This document shows positions 53,401 to 63,356 of a stretch of 64,000 nucleotides of DNA, piece after piece. Both the position numbers and the translations under genes were made by a program. The DNA is from a virus, in the IMG/VR virus record IMGVR_UViG_3300033146_001382, positions 64,001 through 128,000 of that record, one strand, 5' to 3'. A model generated the notes under the pieces. That model did no database searches and was not told the DNA's origin. It saw only the letters and a list, made by a program, of their open reading frames with translations. Numbering within the stretch: the first letter of the stretch is position 1; the number at the start of each line of letters is the position of its first letter.

Positions 53401-56400
53401 AACAAATCTATTTAAACAGAGGGATATTTTATCTTGGATTAAATTAGATTCTGAGGATTCAACACTTAATGCAGAAATAGGACCAGGTGCTATTGTACGT
53501 AAAAATCAAGATTACCAAATATATCTATCTTCCGGCCAAGTAGCTAATAATTGTAATGCTTACTATTTAAATAATTTAGTAGAAAATAAATTATCGTATC
53601 AATTATTAAATAATCATAAGTGGAGTAGTTACAAAACATTACATCATAATGAGGATGTAGCGTTCACTAATGAGCTTATAGGAAAACAGTACTCTGCCTC
53701 GTTTGAGAAAGTATCAAGTAAATATTGGAAGTTAGCAGTATTTGATACTGGAAGATATTTATTAAATAGTTTTAAATTATATAATGGTTTAATTTTATTA
53801 GATAATTATAATATTTATATTCAAGCTAAATCTGATTTTTTTAGTGGTAAATTTAAAACATCAATTGATCCTGACACAGGTAACATCCTCCCAGTTGCGG
53901 TAGTGGAAGATGACTTTTCTAATCATACTTATTTAGATTATTGGGAGTATTATTTTGGATTAAATTCTGTGAATAGTAACCTTATAGAGGCACATAATTG
54001 TCTATACCCTTATTTAGACGCTTGGGGAATAGCTGAAATTAGTAAGTCTTTTTTACCTGGAGTATTAAGTTTTAGTTTAGATGTAATATTTAGATTTGAT
54101 TTACCAAATAACTTAAAATATAGTATAGAACTTATAGATAGTAATAATAGAGTGTTATTTACTATGAGTTTGACAGGGCAATGTGATTCTACAATTACTT
54201 TAGATATATGGGCTTCTTTTCCCATGGCCCAAGAAATAAAACACTCTAGTCATTATGACTTAAACCCTATGTTATATGCTGGTGGACAAACATTAGCAGA
54301 CTACAGGTATGATGAGCTTACTTTTAGTGTAGAAAAAGTAGGAAATACATTTTCTTATATTAAATTAACGACTGAAAGTGGTGATATTCTTTTTAGTACT
54401 GAATCCCAAATTTCTTTTCCAGATAGAGTAAGTAAGTTAGCTATCAGGTACACTAATGAGGAAGCTAATGAGTACTACATACAAACTACTAAAATAAGTA
54501 CTATTGATGTTAGTTTTAAAGCACTCCCTTATCTAAGTGCACAAGAATCTATAGCATTTGACTTTAGGGATAGCGAGCCTGTAACTAAATTTGAAATAGT
54601 TCATACACAATCAGAACTTCTAAAACCTGCTATATTAATAAGTAATTTGGACCAGGACGACTACATATTTTGGGCTTTAAATTTCACTGAGACCGGTGAT
54701 TTAGCACCAGTAAGCTACAGTGTTTATACTGATAATGGGTATAGAAATCAGTCTGGGGCCTCTATACTAGATTCAAAACCATGGAATCTCTTTTTAAATA
54801 GAACTAGCTCCTATAATTATTTTTCTTTTAAAGCGCCTTCTTGTTTTGTAAAGTATGATTTTGGTGTGGGGAATGAGCGAGTAATAAATTATATATGTTA
54901 TACTGCGTATAATAGTACTAGTTACCAAACACCAGATATAGTTAAAATTTATGGTACCAACAAGTATGGTGATGCTTTTATACCTGAAGATACTACTAAT
55001 AAGTTATTAGTAGAATTTAATATTAATAAATATAATAGTGGTGTGAATCCTATTAATGAAGAATACTTTAATAATAATGCATATTTTAGATATATAGTAG
55101 TATATTGGCCCAAAAAAGGTGATACAGTACACTCACTTGTATTGGCAAAAAAGATTATATTTGGAAGAAGATTAGAAACATACAATCCATATAATACTAG
55201 AACTAATGAGTACGAAGTACTATTAATACATTCTAATAGTACTGTTGAAAATAGTAATTTCATTGATTCTTCATTCTATAACCATTTAATTATACCTTTA
55301 TATGCAAATAATACAGTCCACTCACTTGATGAAGTTAAATTTGGTAATTCTTCTATTTATTTTGCTGGTAGATACTCACCTTTAATTATAGGAGAAGACA
55401 CTTCTGAGTCAAAGGAGTATTTTAACTTCTCTGATAATGATTTTACTATAGATACATGGCTTTATATTGATACACGTGGTAATCATAGACGTATTTGTTC
55501 TACCCGATCATTAAGTGGTGTACAATCTGGAATGACAATATCACTTTTATCAAATGGGACTGTAAGGTTTAGAGATATATCAGCTGGTACTGTTATTTCT
55601 TCTTTTATAGTACCTGTAGCTGAATGGGTACACATTGCTATAGTAGGTTTTAACGGGGTAATTAAATTATATTTGAATGGAGTGGCTGATAATAATGTTT
55701 TAAATCAAAATACTTTATCATACCCAGGCACTAGATTTATTATAGGCAGGTTAATGGAACAAACTACTTATGCATTTTCGGGCTATATGGATGAATTTAG
55801 GGTTAATAATGGAGTAGCTTTGTGGGTAGAGGACTTTAGTCCTCCTGAATTCATTAATACTTTCGGTAATAGCCAACTAGTGTCTACTATTGAAGAGGAT
55901 TACATAAATTATTTAGCTATAGATTTACAACATTTACATGATATTGATTTTTTAAGAAACTCAGGGCCTAGTGACGATTTATATAATGTTTGGAATAATT
56001 CTGATATAGATTTTTCATCATCTAACACTGATAATATTGAGTATGTAGATTGGAGTGGGACAGCTGCAGCACTACTTTTAAATTTTGAACACTTTATAGA
56101 TAGTTCGGACTCATTACATGAGTTGGTAGTAAATGGGGATGTAAGTATTTCTACTATTGATAGCCCTGTACTTCCTAATGGTCACGCAATATTTAATGGG
56201 GGAACTATTTCAATAGCAACCTCAGATGATTTTAATTTTTATGCTATGGAATTTACAATTGATTTTAGAATAAGTAAAACATTAGATGGGCATGAAGGTA
56301 TAATATCTAAAATATCTGACGTAAACACTCGATCCTCATTTTCAATTTATTTTGGTGATAACAACTACTTAGAGGCCGCATTATATATAAATAGTAGTGT

Positions 56401-59400
56401 AATACTTTTAAAGTCTCAGTTTGCTTTTACTTTGTTTACCTGGTATCATGTAGCGTTAGTAAGATCTAGTGGTACAATTGGACTATATGTAAATGGTGAG
56501 GTACAAAGTAGTAATTATATTGGTACCTATAGTGAAATAAATTCATCCATTTGTCCATTAATTATTGGTGGCTTAGATGGATCAAATTTTATAGGTAGTA
56601 TGGATGAAGTAAGGATTATAAAAGATGGGGCTTATTGGAATCATAATTTTACTCCTTTAAATGAAGCATATACTAATAATACTGTAGGAGATAAAACTAA
56701 CGCTCGTTGGATCAAAATACCTATGGTTTGTGGAGACAATATAAAAAAACATTTACAGTATTTAGATGTATATCCAAATATAATAACTCCCTATATGCGT
56801 GATGGAGGCTATAATTGTGATTGGACTCCTTTTCCTGTTGCTAGTAGATTAACTGATTACTCTACAAGTGCACGCAATTTAGCCCCTTTTAGTACTATAT
56901 TAAACATAGAGCAGTCTTACTATGATTTTGATTCTTCAGAATTAGATGATTGGAACGATTTAGTTTACCCTGTAACTATTGCTTCTGGAGTTACACAAAC
57001 TAATTTTTCAGGAGAATTTTTAGATTCTATTTGGGAGGTTTATAGTGAGGAATTTACAGATGTTAGATCTAGTTTAGAACAAAGTAACAAAGCTTTAAGG
57101 ATAAATTTTTATGAAACTGATGACGGTTTATGTAGTTTTAGAACTAAAGATATAGTAGGTGATTGCACTTTAGAGTTGGAACTGGATTTTAGTATATCAC
57201 ATAAACAAGCTGGTGATTTTTTAACATTTTTAAATATATATAGTCAGAATAGTGCACATAAAGTTAGTTTAGTTCGTAGAAATACTACTGTTGATTCTAG
57301 TCCGGCACTTCAGTTATGGAAAGATGATAGTAAATTAAGTACTATTATGTTTCCAGATGAGACTATTAATGAAGTGACTAAGCTTAGATTGGAAAAACGA
57401 GGTTACACTTTTATTGCGTCATATTTTAACTATAAACAGAATACTTGGATTTTTTTCAGTGATCATATTAATTATGAGTTAGGATATGATTATCCAGTAT
57501 ATTTTGAATTACTTGTAGATAAGTACACTGACTTTCCAGCTGAGACGCTAAAGGTCACAAATGCATCTTTAACAATAGAAAACGACACTTCGATTGGAAT
57601 AGGTAAGTGGGGAACAGATATGGTAGATGATGATATTGATCAGTTATGTTTAACATATCTAACTCCTAATATTCTTATGGATATAGGACCTAAGCTTACA
57701 CTTGATGACTTAATAATAGGTAGACAAATCCAGAATTTTGAATTCAGTTATTATAACCAAGGTCCAAATGGGGCAGGGTTCGCTATATTAGATAGTGAGG
57801 GTGACGAGATATTAGGGGTAGCTACTAATTCTCCTGAATGGATGGTTAATTCTAAGAATGGTTGGAAGATAATAAAGTGCGAAATTACTTTAGGTAATAA
57901 TGATTGGTACAGAGTTAATATAACATTTAATTGGGTAGATTACTCAGTTACTATTACGTGGGCTAGTATTAATTCCACAGATTTTATATCTTATACAACG
58001 TATTTAATGAAACAGACAAATGTGGCTTCATTCCAAATAAGGGCAATGGCAGGACGTTCATGGGGGTTAAGTTATCAAGATATTAGATTTGATAATATCA
58101 GTGTTATTCCTACAGCTCATTGGCTCTATGATTGGATTCCATATAATTGTCTTACAGGGGAAGATGCTGCTGAAGGATATGATAATTCTTGGGGTTTCCC
58201 AGCATCCGATCCTAAACCTACATTAGTATTAGATTTAGGTGGGTTATTTCCTATCAATAATTTTGTACTACATCATACCCCTACTTCAGAAGATACCGAT
58301 TGGATGAACACGGATTATACTATATCATATGCTATAACTAGTTCAGGTATATTCACACCACTAATAGATATAACAGGTAATACTGATGCAGTAAGACATC
58401 ATACTTTGGAGCCCACAGTAGAGTGTGCTTTTATAAAGTTGGAAATAAATTCCTATACTAAACCAGCAATACCTCCGGTTATAACTACTACTACACAGGA
58501 AGATGTAATTGAAACTACTATAATAGATGGCGGGTTTTTAAGAGAATTTGAAATATGGCAAGCAGAGGGTAATGAAGCTATAAATTCTAAAGATCATCCT
58601 ATAGTGTGTATAGACCTAAAAGATCAATTTAATGTAAATAGTCATATCTTGGGGGTAGTGGGTAGGTCTAATAGAACACTTAAAAGATCTAATAGTTCTT
58701 CAAGTCCAGATTGGTATAATGACGAAGAATTTTTTCAGTATTCTGATGATTTTACTACTGATCCTAATAAAGTAGCATTCTCTTTACCAGCCCAATCTGC
58801 CGTATTATTTTCTTACCCTAATGATTATATAGATGTTAATGGTATAGGAGGCCCAGTGATATTGAGTAATTCTACTTTTTTAGCTAGAGGCCATTATGAA
58901 ATAAGTTGGCAATTATATAGACCAGATAGTGCTGAATTAATAAAAATGGATATTATAGGTATAAATTCTTATACTATTACAACAGATGAAATAGCTTCAA
59001 GTTGGATTTATCAAACTAATTTATTATATGTAGAGGAATCTGGATATTATTCTATACAAGTAAGAGCCACAGCTTCAGAATTGACTGGTTCATGGGGAGT
59101 AAGAGGTATAAACTTTCTGAATAGCACCTCTACTACTAGATGGGTAGCAGTCCGTAGAATAACTGCTGAAAATTTTACATATGACACTAGAGACCCAAAT
59201 GCTCTTGAGCCAGAACTTAGAGGGGTAGCCCCAGGTATAGATTTTTTACCAAAAATACTCATATATACTGGAGATGATGTTAGGCCTACTGAGTATAGCT
59301 GGTGGTGGTCATCCATTATTAGTGAATTGTCTAATGATTCTATAAATACTAAAGTAGGTAAAAGATCACTTAAAATAAGTTATCCAGCGTCTAAGTTAGT

Positions 59401-60658
59401 AGATTATGTACGATTCAGAGAAGGGGACCATTTTGGGACAGACTCTGATTATTCGTTTAAAGATGCTTTAAGTATGTGGTTATATATTAGTGATATTGAT
59501 AAATTAGATATAGAGAATGGTGGTATAGCTTTTGGTTGTTTTGATGGTTGGGAGAGTACTAGTACTGTTTTTAAATATGAGCATGACTTTACTGGTACTA
59601 CTATACAGAAAACTATTGTAACTTGGAATTTTATAGATATGAATTTAGATACTGGATGGAATAAAGTTATTCTTAGATTTGATAAGTATAGTAGTATATA
59701 TCCAGAATTTGATACTGAATTTGCTAGATTAAGTTCATTGTTAAATTTTAGGTATAATAGTACATCATCTTTTGGTATGGTATTTAGTGGTAAAGATGCA
59801 GAGTTTTATATGCTTTTAGATGGCATTCATATTGAACGTAATTACTTTTATGATGAAGTTGTTTATGGTAATAAAGGACTTTGTTTAACTTGGGGAGAAT
59901 TTGCAGAGATACCATTAAGTGGTACTAGTCTTAGAAGAGGTTCAATAGAGATGTGGTTAAAATTGTATACTGCTAGTAATGGTATTGATATCTATGGGAA
60001 TGTAGCTTCAAGAACTATTTTTACTTTAATTAATAACAATGATGAATGTATAACTTTAAGTATACGGGGTTCGCACTGGTTTGAAATAGGCATAGGTAAT
60101 GTAAAGGCTTCTTTTTCTTCTTTATATGTTGATTCTAATAAGGTTGATTTAAGTAACTTTGTTTTTAGTATAGGGGATAAATTACATTTAGCATTAACTT
60201 GGAGCCATGATGGCTCTGAAATGTCCAATGTAAACACTTTACGTTTATTTGTAAATGGTATAGAATGTCTCTCTTCTAATTCTACTTGGGATATATCAGA
60301 TAATAAAGGAGTACTGTTAAGACTAGGTGGTGGTAACTCATACCTATCTACTAATGATAATGATGACGGTAGTGCAATTTTTAGTAATGTAAAGATATAT
60401 AATTATTGTAAGGAGGAGTTTAATCTAGCAGAACATACTCCAATCATTTATGATGCGTTGTCTGCTAATAATTTTGTACGTTTATCTGCAGATGATATTA
60501 CTTTTTACAATAATACAGCATTAGAACTACCTTTACTATTTGAATCAGTACAACCAGGAGAGAAAATAAAAGTATATACTAAAGTAGATAAAACTAAACC
60601 AGAATTATATAATCAATTTACTGGTACTATTTCTGTAGATTGGGAAGTACCAGTCTAA
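50429..60658 (+). CDS. Giant receptor-binding/tail-fibre-like protein with LamG (concanavalin-like) and discoidin (F5/8C)-like domains, 3409 aa
   Basis: TTG start with aaggag SD. LamG signatures at about 55214-55849, 56069-56656 and 59934-60416 (FTIDTW...WVHIAIV...LYLNG...GYMDEFRV). F5/8C-like segments at about 54800-55110 and 58140-58460. Confidence 0.7.
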   Translation: MKTTYNLLKDAFSIRNTSTCQYDSLHGYISNFSRNGDVDGWDIYSNICLYGVWDTVLFGTSLERECYISRTNIFIPIPAEEYHILKVTMKLTPPDGFLDEHLPTKGRIMWQTVADPSWNEDKSIDFDLVVNDQWYSYILNTGESQYWQGDIDNIRIYPFIDGKPDIRFTIKTINVDSTNYFRCINTQCSFYSNFRHPCEGIGKRASITSGIPKEFFTTVSGVNDKLILNIDDYGSQQINIGNFTNVTGSDMAKILVNRISLVDVGQYTYVEATFDTTKNKFTIYSGSSVDGGVIHISGPAAKELGFTDELGNEVVTKTIGCEPASGFDYAASRRLKGFEINALIDADTEHTAYYHNPNQYTVEAGRPDFIDSMSSSHAPRPIDIDYYKEIDGNNKLIIDGSHPVNDSGRLTHIKVNGTRCKDADDNIYASSRFSESFSKVVLLRPYRVDNINESYVKIIHTAILGDPEKGAVHTSSDVTYSVDVNWLVNKGDLIGFYNFNVLCPHSLNQHTPNAVYFEVNGLPDGRFYIGKPAAKGVIGLSFYARSSRIQENIQLEIDLGRRINIEELTVHGKELKTNYEYNVASCLDVTWQVDLHNETHWHKVGHCYYGTLRRVEHRNKAYGLECLDDCVTTPDNGQQGSSYTSRPLGGSLHLDGTNWIQNDDPDTYSGLVTIGEHSYFYVNGDGEWNNAGCGTPSPYNPDAAYHTMEFQSPWSAGPPYDYEFDPITFTLLFPPGRQVPIHRSAIYFKESNNFKHISLSYYLGEFGPNGNAEELHWEFVPKFNSVELDGTMLYEGVTDGSRSSEKYDSIYFSNPWPMAKPKYVNGRCVNWNIYQTMMNERMNTLKHYFTPIPCYGFRYHNEWHLSTKITEIEVFSGLYMKPSLLDNVSIYTSLYGEEWNELVFTADEMDDERINSHVTGSPRYFYLEIQSQDIFKLKELNATISTEHIRDLECYDTIDPDIAPKGVVTTSKELIIENTYNIPLNLIVDIPTNLFKQRDILSWIKLDSEDSTLNAEIGPGAIVRKNQDYQIYLSSGQVANNCNAYYLNNLVENKLSYQLLNNHKWSSYKTLHHNEDVAFTNELIGKQYSASFEKVSSKYWKLAVFDTGRYLLNSFKLYNGLILLDNYNIYIQAKSDFFSGKFKTSIDPDTGNILPVAVVEDDFSNHTYLDYWEYYFGLNSVNSNLIEAHNCLYPYLDAWGIAEISKSFLPGVLSFSLDVIFRFDLPNNLKYSIELIDSNNRVLFTMSLTGQCDSTITLDIWASFPMAQEIKHSSHYDLNPMLYAGGQTLADYRYDELTFSVEKVGNTFSYIKLTTESGDILFSTESQISFPDRVSKLAIRYTNEEANEYYIQTTKISTIDVSFKALPYLSAQESIAFDFRDSEPVTKFEIVHTQSELLKPAILISNLDQDDYIFWALNFTETGDLAPVSYSVYTDNGYRNQSGASILDSKPWNLFLNRTSSYNYFSFKAPSCFVKYDFGVGNERVINYICYTAYNSTSYQTPDIVKIYGTNKYGDAFIPEDTTNKLLVEFNINKYNSGVNPINEEYFNNNAYFRYIVVYWPKKGDTVHSLVLAKKIIFGRRLETYNPYNTRTNEYEVLLIHSNSTVENSNFIDSSFYNHLIIPLYANNTVHSLDEVKFGNSSIYFAGRYSPLIIGEDTSESKEYFNFSDNDFTIDTWLYIDTRGNHRRICSTRSLSGVQSGMTISLLSNGTVRFRDISAGTVISSFIVPVAEWVHIAIVGFNGVIKLYLNGVADNNVLNQNTLSYPGTRFIIGRLMEQTTYAFSGYMDEFRVNNGVALWVEDFSPPEFINTFGNSQLVSTIEEDYINYLAIDLQHLHDIDFLRNSGPSDDLYNVWNNSDIDFSSSNTDNIEYVDWSGTAAALLLNFEHFIDSSDSLHELVVNGDVSISTIDSPVLPNGHAIFNGGTISIATSDDFNFYAMEFTIDFRISKTLDGHEGIISKISDVNTRSSFSIYFGDNNYLEAALYINSSVILLKSQFAFTLFTWYHVALVRSSGTIGLYVNGEVQSSNYIGTYSEINSSICPLIIGGLDGSNFIGSMDEVRIIKDGAYWNHNFTPLNEAYTNNTVGDKTNARWIKIPMVCGDNIKKHLQYLDVYPNIITPYMRDGGYNCDWTPFPVASRLTDYSTSARNLAPFSTILNIEQSYYDFDSSELDDWNDLVYPVTIASGVTQTNFSGEFLDSIWEVYSEEFTDVRSSLEQSNKALRINFYETDDGLCSFRTKDIVGDCTLELELDFSISHKQAGDFLTFLNIYSQNSAHKVSLVRRNTTVDSSPALQLWKDDSKLSTIMFPDETINEVTKLRLEKRGYTFIASYFNYKQNTWIFFSDHINYELGYDYPVYFELLVDKYTDFPAETLKVTNASLTIENDTSIGIGKWGTDMVDDDIDQLCLTYLTPNILMDIGPKLTLDDLIIGRQIQNFEFSYYNQGPNGAGFAILDSEGDEILGVATNSPEWMVNSKNGWKIIKCEITLGNNDWYRVNITFNWVDYSVTITWASINSTDFISYTTYLMKQTNVASFQIRAMAGRSWGLSYQDIRFDNISVIPTAHWLYDWIPYNCLTGEDAAEGYDNSWGFPASDPKPTLVLDLGGLFPINNFVLHHTPTSEDTDWMNTDYTISYAITSSGIFTPLIDITGNTDAVRHHTLEPTVECAFIKLEINSYTKPAIPPVITTTTQEDVIETTIIDGGFLREFEIWQAEGNEAINSKDHPIVCIDLKDQFNVNSHILGVVGRSNRTLKRSNSSSSPDWYNDEEFFQYSDDFTTDPNKVAFSLPAQSAVLFSYPNDYIDVNGIGGPVILSNSTFLARGHYEISWQLYRPDSAELIKMDIIGINSYTITTDEIASSWIYQTNLLYVEESGYYSIQVRATASELTGSWGVRGINFLNSTSTTRWVAVRRITAENFTYDTRDPNALEPELRGVAPGIDFLPKILIYTGDDVRPTEYSWWWSSIISELSNDSINTKVGKRSLKISYPASKLVDYVRFREGDHFGTDSDYSFKDALSMWLYISDIDKLDIENGGIAFGCFDGWESTSTVFKYEHDFTGTTIQKTIVTWNFIDMNLDTGWNKVILRFDKYSSIYPEFDTEFARLSSLLNFRYNSTSSFGMVFSGKDAEFYMLLDGIHIERNYFYDEVVYGNKGLCLTWGEFAEIPLSGTSLRRGSIEMWLKLYTASNGIDIYGNVASRTIFTLINNNDECITLSIRGSHWFEIGIGNVKASFSSLYVDSNKVDLSNFVFSIGDKLHLALTWSHDGSEMSNVNTLRLFVNGIECLSSNSTWDISDNKGVLLRLGGGNSYLSTNDNDDGSAIFSNVKIYNYCKEEFNLAEHTPIIYDALSANNFVRLSADDITFYNNTALELPLLFESVQPGEKIKVYTKVDKTKPELYNQFTGTISVDWEVPV

Positions 60659-60675
60659 GGAGCTTAGGTATAAAT

Positions 60676-63354
60676 ATGTCAAATTATAATTTAATAAAAA
60701 GTGGATTGATTAATACTAACAATTTAGGTACTAAATATTTAAACTCTACTCAACTTAGTTTTTTGTATGATGGTAATACTACTACTTCTGGTATAGATTT
60801 AATTGTTACAGATACTTTATATCTAGATATAGATTTATATAATAGAATAGATGTAAAAGAGTTTAAATTATATATTGATGTGCCTGATAGACCAGCGGCG
60901 CTAACAAAAGTTAATTTTTATTATAAAAATTTAGTTGAAGAAAATTATATTTTATGCTCAAAGGGCCAAGATGAATTTACATTCTACCCTGTAGGGCTAC
61001 CAGAGTTATTTGCTCCTAGGTTTTGTAGAATTACTATAGATTTATTAGAATGTACTATATTTGAAGTAGTATTACTTAATTCATCAGATCAGGTCGCCTT
61101 CGGTGCGGATGGTAATGAATCATCCATAGTTATGGATTATACTTATGATAATTATACTACTTTGCCTATTTTTAATAATGCAACAACAGGATCTGTACCA
61201 GTAAATGCATATGTAATGGTAGATTACCAAGAAAAGGAGTCTGATTTTTATCTTACTTTAAGTAGCTCTATAGATGGAGAGTATAAAGGTTTAGAGGACG
61301 GAGCACTTATAAAAACAGATGATTCATCTTTTAAATACACATGGTCTAAAGGTAAATTTAACGGGACCATGGTTGTGGGGGATAACATTCAGGTTGACCC
61401 TAATAATTATGGCACTTCTTATTATTATTATACTACGCCTGTGGTTTCTCTAGGGGACCCATTAATGTCTTCTTTTTTAATTACTAGGCGAACTACAAAT
61501 AGTGGTACTAGTATTACTTGGGGGAACCCAGAGGATGCTTCTTTAGTAAAAATACGTAGTTTTAATACTGCACCAGTATCATTTACTAAATTTTTTATTT
61601 CTAATACTTTGGTTGATAAACAAGTACTTATATATGAGGGTGATTTAGCTACTGGTGAGTTTGATAATAATATTACTATTTATTCTACATCAGTTGAAAA
61701 TAATTCTATTATATTTGATCAGCATTCTGGTACTTTTGTTATGTTGTTGGCAAATGATAAAGTGGTAAGACTTAAATATCATGTTCGTGGAGATACAAGT
61801 ATATTAGCCTCTTCTAGTTCAGATAGTAATAATAAATTTAATGAGCAATGGGGACTAGATGGGGTAGGTAATGTTTGGGGGTATGTTAGTAATTCTGGGT
61901 ATAAATTGAGATTTTTAACTAGTGATACATTAGTAGCTTCTACAGTATTAATTGATGAAGCCATCTCATTTGTTACTGATTTATCACCTAATATATTGTA
62001 CCCTAGCTGTTGGTTTACTGACTCAAGTGTGCGGATGTTAAAACAAGTAGATCCTAGTGGTGAACTATTAGTTAGCAAACCTATGAATAATCCTACTTAT
62101 GTTACTTCATTGTACGATGGTGGCTGTTTAGTGGTAGATGAAGGGCTTTCAACTATATTTCGTGTTAACTATAGTGGAGAAACTATTTTTGAAATACATT
62201 ATCCATCAATTTATGAAATTATAGATATAGAATATAATTTATTCTATGATGACATCTCTTCGTTACATGAAAGATTTTGGGTATTAACGTCTGATGGTCA
62301 TGTTTTTCAATCTACATTAGAAGGTGTAGGTATATCTGACACTAGATATACATTAGCTACTAGTATACATGCTTTTTTAGGAGGTTGTTTAGTACATTGC
62401 TCTGCTTCAAATCGTACTTATCAATTAAACTCTGATGGGATACAAACTAGAATTTGGGATTATTCTGGGCTTAGTACTATGGGTTTAGTTCCTTGCCCTG
62501 TTAGTTTATCCTATGATAAATACTTAGATAAATATAAATTTGATACCCTTTTACCTTTACCTTCTGACCCTTTATGGGAAAATGTTACTGAGCAGGGATG
62601 GCAAGAGGTAAAGGATGATGGGTATTTACTCCCATTTGCACAATATCATCAATTGAAATACAAATTTAATCCTATAATTTTAGAGGTTCCAATAACCAAT
62701 AGCGATTTTGAAACTGGTGATCTTACAGGGTGGCAAACGTCAGGTACTGGTTGGTACGCTTCTGGTGATAATGTTTATCAGGGTGCTTATAAGGCGAGGT
62801 TAATTCACACTTCATGGGCTACTGGTTATCTTTACCAGACACTTTCTTTAGATACAATTAATTCTATAGATTTTGACTTATTAGATTTTGATGTACAAGG
62901 CTACATATTTAATTTAAATTTTTGGTTTTATTGGACTATTGCTACTGATTGGAGCTATTATGCTAAAATTTCCTTATATTTTTATAGTCAGGCTATGCAA
63001 GAAATAGTTGATACTTCGGTGTCTGTTAAATATGGGGCCCCAGGGGGAGATAATAGATGGTATAATAAGTTTATTCAGGCTAAATTACCTAGTGGTACAA
63101 GATATGTTAAAATAGAGGTATTTAATAGTAAATATAGGTATGATAGTACTTATGACGCATTTGATTCATTTAGAGCACATTTAGTGCATTCCCCTGTACT
63201 ATCTATTGTAGGAGTACCTGAGCCTGTTAAATTACAGGATATCGCACCACAGACTTCGAAAAATGTATATCTTAAAACAAATTTTCCAGTAAATACTGTA
63301 GATAAGGATTATAAAACTAGATTAAAATGTTGGTGGGGCACTAAGGAGGAATAA
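60676..63354 (+). CDS. Structural/adsorption protein with beta-propeller-like and carbohydrate-binding-module-like regions (about 892 aa; ATG 60676 preferred over 60640)
   Basis: N-terminus MSNYNLIK resembles MKTTYNLLK of 50429. Propeller-like blades (CWFTDSSVRMLKQVDPSGELL, CLVVDEGLSTIFRVNYSGETI); CBM-like ITNSDFETGDLTGW. The 60640 start overlaps the upstream gene. Confidence 0.6.
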   Translation: MSNYNLIKSGLINTNNLGTKYLNSTQLSFLYDGNTTTSGIDLIVTDTLYLDIDLYNRIDVKEFKLYIDVPDRPAALTKVNFYYKNLVEENYILCSKGQDEFTFYPVGLPELFAPRFCRITIDLLECTIFEVVLLNSSDQVAFGADGNESSIVMDYTYDNYTTLPIFNNATTGSVPVNAYVMVDYQEKESDFYLTLSSSIDGEYKGLEDGALIKTDDSSFKYTWSKGKFNGTMVVGDNIQVDPNNYGTSYYYYTTPVVSLGDPLMSSFLITRRTTNSGTSITWGNPEDASLVKIRSFNTAPVSFTKFFISNTLVDKQVLIYEGDLATGEFDNNITIYSTSVENNSIIFDQHSGTFVMLLANDKVVRLKYHVRGDTSILASSSSDSNNKFNEQWGLDGVGNVWGYVSNSGYKLRFLTSDTLVASTVLIDEAISFVTDLSPNILYPSCWFTDSSVRMLKQVDPSGELLVSKPMNNPTYVTSLYDGGCLVVDEGLSTIFRVNYSGETIFEIHYPSIYEIIDIEYNLFYDDISSLHERFWVLTSDGHVFQSTLEGVGISDTRYTLATSIHAFLGGCLVHCSASNRTYQLNSDGIQTRIWDYSGLSTMGLVPCPVSLSYDKYLDKYKFDTLLPLPSDPLWENVTEQGWQEVKDDGYLLPFAQYHQLKYKFNPIILEVPITNSDFETGDLTGWQTSGTGWYASGDNVYQGAYKARLIHTSWATGYLYQTLSLDTINSIDFDLLDFDVQGYIFNLNFWFYWTIATDWSYYAKISLYFYSQAMQEIVDTSVSVKYGAPGGDNRWYNKFIQAKLPSGTRYVKIEVFNSKYRYDSTYDAFDSFRAHLVHSPVLSIVGVPEPVKLQDIAPQTSKNVYLKTNFPVNTVDKDYKTRLKCWWGTKEE

Positions 63355-63356
63355 TA

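Noticed and set aside
60640-60675. ORF-track start at 60640
   Set aside because: It overlaps the upstream gene's end; ATG 60676 follows an aaggag/aggt signal and gives an N-terminus similar to that of 50429.
26303-62078. Minus-strand and nested ORFs within structural genes (e.g. 30330-30575, 40645-40920, 46831-47013, 52452-52718, 54949-55263, 61779-62078)
   Set aside because: All overlap longer, well-supported plus-strand genes and lack translation signals.
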